A stretch of DNA of 32,000 bases, taken from NCBI GenBank assembly GCA_022646745.1, contig CP060262.1:630001-662000 (forward strand), given 5' to 3'. The notes under the pieces were generated by a model. The model saw only the letters and a list, made by a program, of their open reading frames with translations, did not search any database and was not told the origin of the DNA. Positions within the stretch are counted from its first letter, which is position 1; each line of letters starts with the position of its first letter. The translations under genes and the position numbers were made by a program. Source of the stretch: Planctomycetales bacterium (lineage in GTDB: Bacteria > 4484-113 > JAFGCY01). Below, piece by piece: positions 23,287 through 30,089 of this stretch.

Positions 23287-25632
23287 GTGATGCGCATTCA
23301 CTGGCGACACCTGATATTCATGCTGATGACCATTGCCTGCTGCTCCTGCAGCTCAGGCGGTGGCGATGACAATTCCAGTATGGCACTCGACGGGCAGACA
23401 ACACTCAGTGCTACTGACCAGAAGCAGTCTACCGCGATTGAGATCCTGCCCGGCGGCCTGTTCGAATCACTTGTTCCCGGCTCTCTTAGCATCGAATGGT
23501 CTGAAGAGGATGGCCAGCCGCTTGCCACGATCAGCACAACTGAGGCAATGAACCTGCGCGCAGCCTACCTGAGCATTGCCATCCCCGGCACTGCCACTGG
23601 CAGCGCGAGTGTCAGCCCCGGCCCATGGGCAGGCGAGGATGCACTGAGCATCGCTGTCCCCTCTGCTGACAACACAGTCGACATCGGTGTCTGCATGCTA
23701 CATCCGGATATCGCCGCCGGCTTCAGCGGCAGCACTATCCTGGCCACGATCAGCTTCGATGGCGACGGCGAGGTCGCCAGTACCAGGACTGCCAGTGTGC
23801 CGCCGGTCAGTGCGGGTTCACGCATTGACCTTGACTACGACTCCAACCGCAACTTCTTTTACTGGTACTACCGCAACCAGGGTGACTACGACCAGAACGG
23901 AGAGGTCAACGTCTCCGACCTGACGCCGATTGCCGTGCACTTCGGCAAGACATCCACAGGCGGCTTTCCCGTTGCCAGCGTTGAGTCCGTTGTGGATGGC
24001 GATGGCAACGGAGAAATCAACATCGCCGACATCTCCCCGATCGGCATCGGCTTCAGCAGCCGGGTGGACTCCTTTAACATCTACCAGGGCACACAGGGCG
24101 ACTACCCGGCCTCACCCTCCGATGTCTCCAGCATTCCCGAGCTGCAGTCCGCAGCACTCGCAGACGCACTCAACACACCGGCGCAGGGGCGACTCTACTA
24201 TGAGATCCACAGCGATGCACCAAGCAGTTCGATTCCTGCATATTGGCTTAGGCCTGTTGACCAAAATAATGAGGGAATCCCCTCAGAGATCGCCGGGCTT
24301 GGCAACCAGGCACCGACGGCCAGCTTCACGATCGAGGCCAATGCAGGTGTGGACCCCTTCCAGCTCAAGGCCGACGCCTCTGCCAGCACTGACCCGGAGG
24401 GCGGAGCTCTGGAATACTTCTGGTTCATCGTGGACGGCATCTTCCAGGCTGAATTCACTGATCCCGGCACGGTCACGCTTACTCAGCAGGTCGGCCCCGG
24501 CAACTGGTCTGTCGCCTTGTATGTCCGCGATGAGGACGGTGCCACCGGCTTCGCTTCGAAGCAGTTCAGCGTGGCCGCCAATGCCGGCTGGCAGCTCACC
24601 GATCTCGACATCGTCGCATCAGGCAATCCAGTGGTGGAGATTGAGGACATCTCATTGCTGGGCATTGACAACCGGCCTTACATTTCAACGGTCTATGAGA
24701 GCACGGACAGGACGGTGGTCACACTCAACTACGGCAACGATGCCATGTGGAACCAGCCGCTGGCAACACGCCGCATCAACGAACTGATGGGCGGTACCCA
24801 GGGCCAGGTGGACATCCTCGACGTGGGTGGTGTGCCGGGCGTGGTCTCTCTGCAGAGTGGCGGTGGCAGTTACCGGGTGGAATACAACTATGTGGAGGAC
24901 CAGCAGTTCACCACTCCCTACAACATCGCGCTGTCAGCCAATAACCTGCGTGACATCTCGGCGGTGATGGCGGATGGACGGCCCTCCGTGGCGATCTTCG
25001 ACCGGGATGCCAGCGAGGTGCTGTACGCGCTCAGCGACGACGCCATCGGCTCCCACTGGGACACGGCCGGGATGATCGACTCCGGCCTGAACCTTGGCTG
25101 GAATGTCAGCGCCGGCGTGGTCAGCGGTTCACCTGCACTGGTCTACTGGGATGCCCAGAACAAGCAGGTGATCTACAAGGATTCGCATATCGACAGTGGC
25201 AACGTGGTCTGGCATGTGGCCTTCCCGGTCTACAACCCGACGCAGATTGAGATCGGCGATGCAGTGCTCGACCTGCCGGCCGGCGGGCAGTGGCTGCTGC
25301 TGCATGATTACGCCGGCAACGGGCTTGTCAACCTGCGTGGCAACGGTTTCGTCACCCAGGAGCAGCTCTCGGCGACGGCGGGTGACAGCCACAGCGAGTA
25401 TTCCGCGAAGGTGGTCGGTGACCGGGTCTGCTACGTGTTTGTTGACGGAGGCAAGCTGAAGTTCCGCCGCAGCACGGACGGCACTGGCGTAAGCTGGTTC
25501 CCCGTGCAGGAGATCACGGACCTGACGGCGGAAGACGGCTGGGTCTCACTGGCGGACGTGGGCGGATTCCCGGCGGTGGCCTATGTTGACGACGTGACGG
25601 CGACGGCACACTATGCGGTGCTGGTTGAGTAG
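23287..25632 (+). CDS. Lipoprotein with dockerin-like double Ca-loop module, PKD-like domain and C-terminal beta-propeller-like repeats
   Basis: MMRIHWRHLIFMLMTIACCSCSSGGGDD, with GGAGG upstream. Dockerin-like module GDYDQNGEVNVSDLTPIAVHFG...DGDGNGEINIADISPIGIGF at 23881-24057. PKD-like domain APTASFTIEANAGVDPFQLKADASASTDPEGGALEYFWF...WSVALYVRDEDGATGFASKQFSV at about 24307-24576. These are followed by 6-7 repeats of 40-50 aa. Confidence 0.8.
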   Translation: MMRIHWRHLIFMLMTIACCSCSSGGGDDNSSMALDGQTTLSATDQKQSTAIEILPGGLFESLVPGSLSIEWSEEDGQPLATISTTEAMNLRAAYLSIAIPGTATGSASVSPGPWAGEDALSIAVPSADNTVDIGVCMLHPDIAAGFSGSTILATISFDGDGEVASTRTASVPPVSAGSRIDLDYDSNRNFFYWYYRNQGDYDQNGEVNVSDLTPIAVHFGKTSTGGFPVASVESVVDGDGNGEINIADISPIGIGFSSRVDSFNIYQGTQGDYPASPSDVSSIPELQSAALADALNTPAQGRLYYEIHSDAPSSSIPAYWLRPVDQNNEGIPSEIAGLGNQAPTASFTIEANAGVDPFQLKADASASTDPEGGALEYFWFIVDGIFQAEFTDPGTVTLTQQVGPGNWSVALYVRDEDGATGFASKQFSVAANAGWQLTDLDIVASGNPVVEIEDISLLGIDNRPYISTVYESTDRTVVTLNYGNDAMWNQPLATRRINELMGGTQGQVDILDVGGVPGVVSLQSGGGSYRVEYNYVEDQQFTTPYNIALSANNLRDISAVMADGRPSVAIFDRDASEVLYALSDDAIGSHWDTAGMIDSGLNLGWNVSAGVVSGSPALVYWDAQNKQVIYKDSHIDSGNVVWHVAFPVYNPTQIEIGDAVLDLPAGGQWLLLHDYAGNGLVNLRGNGFVTQEQLSATAGDSHSEYSAKVVGDRVCYVFVDGGKLKFRRSTDGTGVSWFPVQEITDLTAEDGWVSLADVGGFPAVAYVDDVTATAHYAVLVE

Positions 25633-25684
25633 GGAGGTCAGAATTCACTCTGGCTACGGAGGGAGAGGAGCACGCGGAGAGATA

Positions 25685-25714
25685 AACCACAGAGAGCACA
25701 GTGAGCACGGAGAA
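25685..25714 (+). repeat. CACAGAGA-type repeat, left copy
   Basis: AACCACAGAGAGCACAGTGAGCACGGAGAA matches the reverse complement of 26284-26313 at 26 of 30 positions. Confidence 0.75.
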
Positions 25715-25757
25715 TTCTGGAAACCGCAACGTTATGTCAATACAACAAATACCGTTG

Positions 25758-26261
25758 TCAGTCTATTAAGGGCACAAGCATCTGAGGTTTGCCCAGCACA
25801 CAATCAACAGTCATACTGATTGCATCCCAAGGGATCTCACCGTCAATCCAGTCACTGATCTTGGATACGGGCATGATGATCAGATCCCTTGCGCATTCCA
25901 GCTCACCTTCGTATCCCTCCGGATCCTGAGTGACGGACACCTCGCCGATCAATTCTCCTGTTGCCAGATCACTGAATGAAACTCGTTGAGGACTTGCCGA
26001 TGCCCCACCTGGATCGAAAAGTATATACAGGTTGTCATTGTGCACATATGCAAAGTATGGATATGTAAGATAGCGATAGTAGCGTGTCTCCAGATCCGCA
26101 GGCGTCCTGCTGTTTGGATCTGCATTCACGAATTGTGCAACAATTCCCGCTTCCTTTCCGGTCACAGGGGCTGCAGTAACATCACCTGCATTGCACTCTG
26201 CAATTGCGGCAAACAGCAATAAGAATGATAAGGGCGACATCTTGAGTAGACTTAGTCTCAT
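25758..26261 (-). CDS. Small secreted hypothetical protein (167 aa)
   Basis: MRLSLLKMSPLSFLLLFAAIAECNA signal peptide. AGGGGA lies 5 nt upstream of the ATG. It is visibly AT-richer than the surrounding DNA and is flanked by the inverted repeat pair. Confidence 0.65.
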   Translation of the reverse strand: MRLSLLKMSPLSFLLLFAAIAECNAGDVTAAPVTGKEAGIVAQFVNADPNSRTPADLETRYYRYLTYPYFAYVHNDNLYILFDPGGASASPQRVSFSDLATGELIGEVSVTQDPEGYEGELECARDLIIMPVSKISDWIDGEIPWDAISMTVDCVLGKPQMLVPLID

Positions 26262-26283
26262 CCGTTTCCCCTGGTTTTTCTTG

Positions 26284-26313
26284 TTCTCAGTGATCTCTGT
26301 GTTCTCTGTGGTT
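26284..26313 (-). repeat. CACAGAGA-type repeat, right copy (inverted)
   Basis: The plus strand reads TTCTCAGTGATCTCTGTGTTCTCTGTGGTT. Its reverse complement is AACCACAGAGAACACAGAGATCACTGAGAA. Confidence 0.75.
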
Positions 26314-26366
26314 AGACCCTCTGCGGGCTCTTCTTCCTCATTGCGCGCAAGCGAGTTGCGCGCCTC

Positions 26367-27068
26367 CTAACTCCGCGGCACCAACTCCTCATACAGCACC
26401 GTGCCCTGCTTTTCGCCCCAGATCTTCACGTGGATGTAGCGCGTCACCGGCTTGCCCTTGATCTTCTGGCCGGCGAAGTGCTTGCCGACTTCCTCGTCGT
26501 CATCCACGATCTTGATGCTGATCCCGCCCGGGCTCCACTTCTCGGAATTGAAGTCCGTGTAGAACTTCCCCGTCACCGGGTTGATCGCGTGGTAGTAGCG
26601 CAGGATCACATCCTCCGGCGTCAGCTCCGGCCAGCTCTTCTGCCCGCCCCAGCTGATCAGGCCGTAATACAGCTCCGGCCCGCTGTGCGGCAGCTGGCCC
26701 CACTTGTCCCAGTAGTTCTCCACCTCGCGCACGAGCTGCGTCAGGCTGACAACACCATGCCCGCCGGGCAGCTTCCACAGCGAGACGCGCCGGCGCTCGC
26801 CCTCACTCAGTTTCCAGTCCGCTTTCAGCGGGCCATCCTTGGCAGCCAACTCCTTGACGTAGTTCTTCTCGTAGTCCGTGCTGCCCTTGTCGCCAGGACC
26901 GACGTATGTCACGAGGTCCAGCGCCTTAGACAGGTCTACGGCCAGCATGCGCTTCACTGCACCCGGGTAGTCGAAGTCCGGCGAGGTCTCGTGATTGGGG
27001 TGCGCGCTGGCGGCCGTGCACAGGCACGCAAACAGAAGCAGGCTGGTCAGTGTTGTCTTTAGTCTCAT
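26367..27068 (-). CDS. Secreted hypothetical protein
   Basis: MRLKTTLTSLLLFACLCTAASA signal peptide. GGGAGGG lies 4 nt upstream of the ATG at 27068; the ORF track extends to 27101. I recognise no family. Confidence 0.75.
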   Translation of the reverse strand: MRLKTTLTSLLLFACLCTAASAHPNHETSPDFDYPGAVKRMLAVDLSKALDLVTYVGPGDKGSTDYEKNYVKELAAKDGPLKADWKLSEGERRRVSLWKLPGGHGVVSLTQLVREVENYWDKWGQLPHSGPELYYGLISWGGQKSWPELTPEDVILRYYHAINPVTGKFYTDFNSEKWSPGGISIKIVDDDEEVGKHFAGQKIKGKPVTRYIHVKIWGEKQGTVLYEELVPRS

Positions 27069-27178
27069 CAATCCCTCCCGCGGGCACATCATTCTACCCA
27101 TTGCAGCGGGGCAGTATCCCAGACGGATCCGCAGCGGAATCGATCCAGGCGGTATCTCCGGCCAGTATGCATGAAGCG

Positions 27179-27916
27179 TTACTCAGGTACTTTCGGAGGT
27201 GGCGGAGCCTTGGGTGGAGGTTGTGGAATCCCTGTTTGGGACGGACTGGAATCCAGCCCGAAGCTGCCTAGCAGGTAGTCTGCCAGTGCAAGCTGCCGGA
27301 TGCAGGCATCAAGCCTCAAACGGTAATGCAGCAGCATGCTGCCCAGCACGAGGAACAGTATCGGGTACTCCAGCCAGCGGCCGAACTGCGCATGCAGCAC
27401 GAGCATCAGTCCGGCCAGTGCCGCGCAACTGAGGATCGTGGCCAGGCCGAGCGCATTCCAGGGACCAGTGCTGCCGAGCCCGCTGCGCCTGATGAAGCCG
27501 GGCAGCCTGCGGCTGAGCCGCTGCAGGCTGCGCTTGAAGCTGCCGCCATCGCCGCCTTCCATCAGTTCCCGGCCCAGCTCGCTGCCCAGCAGGTTCTGCT
27601 CGAGCAATCCGTCCGCCAGCCAGGGGCGCAATGTGTTTAGCGCCAGCCTGCGCATGGCCAGCGTCCCCGCGTACCACACCAATGGAACGCCGATGTACAG
27701 GGTGAAGAATTCCTCGGGCTTGACAATGTCATACCAGTCGGGCCCGACCAGGTAGACCCAGGCCAGCATCATTGAAAGACCGAGGAACATGAAAGCCAGC
27801 AGTGCAGCAATCAGCATGGCATCAACCTGGGTGGCCTGTCCCTGGCGAAATGCAGTTATCCACTTGCGGACTGGTCCCGCTGTTCCCTGTGCCACAGATT
27901 CGCCCGTCTTGTCCAT
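27179..27916 (-). CDS. Hypothetical membrane protein (about 4 TM helices) with Pro-rich C-terminal tail
   Basis: Hydrophobic segments MLIAALLAFMFLGLSMMLAWVYLV, FFTLYIGVPLVWYAGTLAM, WNALGLATILSCAALAGLMLVL and YPILFLVLGSMLLHY. The tail is GIPQPPPKAPPPPKVPE. It has no SD sequence. Confidence 0.7.
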   Translation of the reverse strand: MDKTGESVAQGTAGPVRKWITAFRQGQATQVDAMLIAALLAFMFLGLSMMLAWVYLVGPDWYDIVKPEEFFTLYIGVPLVWYAGTLAMRRLALNTLRPWLADGLLEQNLLGSELGRELMEGGDGGSFKRSLQRLSRRLPGFIRRSGLGSTGPWNALGLATILSCAALAGLMLVLHAQFGRWLEYPILFLVLGSMLLHYRLRLDACIRQLALADYLLGSFGLDSSPSQTGIPQPPPKAPPPPKVPE

Positions 27917-27920
27917 AAAG

Positions 27921-27932
27921 GCAAGCTTAACA
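27921..27932 (-). promoter_or_regulatory. TGTTAAGCTTGC motif 4 nt upstream of the ATG at 27916 (extended -10-like)
   Basis: The minus strand reads TGTTAAGCTTGC-cttt-ATGGA. The same 12-mer at the same spacing occurs at 28599-28610. Confidence 0.4.
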
Positions 27933-27967
27933 TCGCTGTTCCGGCCGGACAGCCAATTACGAAGGAA

Positions 27968-28594
27968 TCAATCCCTGATGTAGTGCGGAGAATTCAGGAA
28001 TACCCTGAAGCGGCACCATCCAGGAAAGTCTTTCCTCAGCTTGCCAAAGCTGATACCTTCGCCTTCCTGCAAGACATATACTTCAAACAGGTAGCTGCTA
28101 CTGTCCGGCGATACAAGCATGTTTCCCGGGTCGACAGTGAATTGCAGCTTGCCCTGCGGATCTGGATTGATCTTTGTGGCAATCGTGAACTTTCCCTTGT
28201 CCTCGTTGCTTTGATGTACCTGCTTCTGAAACTGCTTCTCGAAGAAATCACAGCAGTCCTTGTAGCTGCCTGGCATCATTCCCTGCACGACTATTACAGG
28301 CAGGTTGTCCTGCTCATCTACAACGATCGAACCCGAGTAATCAATGTAACTGCCCTGTTTGATACTGATCAATGCAGGCCATGAGTCGGGATAAGTTCCG
28401 TCAAATGGCGCCAGGTTCTGCAGGCCGCTGTCATCCGCATGACGCTTGATGGTCTTCAGCTGGTCAGGTGACAATCCGCTGCCATTCCAGTTTTTCTGCG
28501 CAGCATCCTGGCATCCCGCAAGCATCAATGCAACGCACACAAGGAACGGCAACAGCATTGGATACCTGTGGCGTGATTCAGCGGTTGAATCCAT
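27968..28594 (-). CDS. Lipoprotein, hypothetical
   Basis: MDSTAESRHRYPMLLPFLVCVALMLAGCQD, with lipobox LAGC. It is AT-richer than its neighbours. An alternative start lies at 28558. Confidence 0.75.
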   Translation of the reverse strand: MDSTAESRHRYPMLLPFLVCVALMLAGCQDAAQKNWNGSGLSPDQLKTIKRHADDSGLQNLAPFDGTYPDSWPALISIKQGSYIDYSGSIVVDEQDNLPVIVVQGMMPGSYKDCCDFFEKQFQKQVHQSNEDKGKFTIATKINPDPQGKLQFTVDPGNMLVSPDSSSYLFEVYVLQEGEGISFGKLRKDFPGWCRFRVFLNSPHYIRD

Positions 28595-28598
28595 CGAC

Positions 28599-28610
28599 GC
28601 AAGCTTAACA
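28599..28610 (-). promoter_or_regulatory. TGTTAAGCTTGC motif 4 nt upstream of the ATG at 28594
   Basis: The minus strand reads TGTTAAGCTTGC-gtcg-ATGGA. It fits TGnTAnnnT (extended -10), placed so that transcription would start at or next to the ATG. Confidence 0.4.
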
Positions 28611-28638
28611 CTGCGGTAGCCCTGATCTGGAGCGGCGG

Positions 28639-28647
28639 TGTTAAAAT
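28639..28647 (+). promoter_or_regulatory. TGTTAAAAT extended -10-like motif 6 nt upstream of the ATG at 28654
   Basis: TGTTAAAAT-tcaggg-ATG with no SD sequence. It faces away from the 28599-28610 motif within a 59-nt intergenic gap. Confidence 0.4.
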
Positions 28648-28653
28648 TCAGGG

Positions 28654-30084
28654 ATGTGGGATAACTGGCTTTTCAGCCATCCGGAGCTGTCGCTTGTCAC
28701 TCTGGATGTGGGACGGGGACTGGGCGAGAACCGCTCGAGCTACCACGTCACCAAACTGGTTGAAATCCTGATGCCCTATGACGAGAAGCAGCTCCTGTAC
28801 TGCCTCGAGCGCCTGGCCGGGGGTGATTCACGCGGGGCCGCGGGGGTGATCAGCAATGCCAGCCGCGCCGGCTCCCTGCTGCCGGACACTCACCTGCTGG
28901 CCGGGGCCTTCGCGCTGGCCCAGGGCAGGCTCGACGATGCACTTGGGGCGCTTGAGCAGTGCGGCCGCGAAAGCCCGGACTGCGGCGAGGCGATCCGCCG
29001 GATCTACCCCGGCCTGCGCATCCTCCTGCGCATCACCCCCACCGTGCTGATCCCCGTGCATCCCAATGAATATGGTGCGGGCCTGATGCTCGCCGTTGCC
29101 CACTGGGCATCCGGCCAGCCCGGTGCAGCACTGGAAGAAGTGCGCGACCTGATCAGCCGCCACGGCATGCGTGACGAGCTGCGCCTGATGGGCGGCTACC
29201 TGCTGGTGCAGCGCGGCGAGGTGGACCGCGCGATCAAGGCCATGCGTGGCGCGCATCCAGAGGAAGAGGACGCCGTAGCGCTGGACCACGCGCTGATCCT
29301 GGCCTATGCGCTCAGCCTGCAGGAGCAGTACCGCGAGGCCGCCATGCTGCTGACCAAGGCCGTGCGCAGCATCCGCAATGTCAATCCGCACCTGCAGGCA
29401 CGCTGCAAGCTGCTGCTGGCCGAGCTGTATGACCGCTGTGAAATGCCTTTCGAGGCGCTGGCCGTCTCCAGCGAGGTGCCGGCGGATGTGATGCCCCCCG
29501 CCGTGGCCCGCAGCCAGCAGCAGCGCGAGGAGCGCTGGTTGACCGAAGCCCTGCACATGGGTGGTGCAGAGCTGGAGCGCATGGCGCGTGCCAACCCCTA
29601 TATGATGTACATCCCCGACGCTTCCGAATTCACCGACGAGAAGCGTGTGAGCAAGCTCGACATCCACCGCGACCCGGTGGCCGCACTCAAGCCGCGCGAG
29701 ATGAGCTGGCTCAGGCGCAAGGTGGACGAGCACCGCATCTCTGAATACAAGAGCGCCGTGGCGCGCGGCGAAAGCGTGCCTTCACCACATGGCGACAGGT
29801 TGAGCGTGGAGGGCCGCCAGTTCCGCCAGCGCGTGAAGCAGGCCGAACAATGGTGGCCCGGGCGCAGTCAGTTCCTCAGTGCAGCACTTATGGGAAGCAC
29901 TGGCCTGCAGGCCGAGGGCGTGACCGGACATGTGCTGTTCGATTTCTGCAGTGCGCACGAAGGTTCGCTTAAACTGCTGGAGGGTGAACACCGGGCCCGG
30001 CTGGTGAGCGGCTTCGGAGGTGCGGTGTTCGTGGCCGCACTGGTGATGCTGATCCTGCGCCTGGCTGTGTATGGTGGCGCATAA
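28654..30084 (+). CDS. Hypothetical helical-repeat (TPR-like) protein with C-terminal TM anchor
   Basis: 476 aa with Ala/Leu-rich helical pairs, e.g. LLAGAFALAQGRLDDALGALEQC and MLAVAHWASGQPGAALEEVRDL. The C-terminus GFGGAVFVAALVMLILRLAVYGGA is hydrophobic. Confidence 0.7.
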   Translation: MWDNWLFSHPELSLVTLDVGRGLGENRSSYHVTKLVEILMPYDEKQLLYCLERLAGGDSRGAAGVISNASRAGSLLPDTHLLAGAFALAQGRLDDALGALEQCGRESPDCGEAIRRIYPGLRILLRITPTVLIPVHPNEYGAGLMLAVAHWASGQPGAALEEVRDLISRHGMRDELRLMGGYLLVQRGEVDRAIKAMRGAHPEEEDAVALDHALILAYALSLQEQYREAAMLLTKAVRSIRNVNPHLQARCKLLLAELYDRCEMPFEALAVSSEVPADVMPPAVARSQQQREERWLTEALHMGGAELERMARANPYMMYIPDASEFTDEKRVSKLDIHRDPVAALKPREMSWLRRKVDEHRISEYKSAVARGESVPSPHGDRLSVEGRQFRQRVKQAEQWWPGRSQFLSAALMGSTGLQAEGVTGHVLFDFCSAHEGSLKLLEGEHRARLVSGFGGAVFVAALVMLILRLAVYGGA

Positions 30085-30089
30085 GACAT

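Noticed and set aside
26343-26363. A perfect 8-bp GC hairpin, GCGCGCAA-gcgag-TTGCGCGC, right after the stop of 26367-27068, considered as a terminator
   Set aside because: No U-tract follows on the minus strand (the sequence continues TGAGGAAGAAG), so I do not call it an intrinsic terminator. It may still be a structural or processing element.
28828-29733. A 301-aa minus-strand ORF, plus ORFs at 29868-30527 and 30564-31082, antisense to the plus-strand genes at 28654-31112
   Set aside because: Their translations are His/Gly/Arg/Ala-rich shadow sequence. The plus-strand products have a signal peptide or TM anchor, sensible composition and tight gene spacing.
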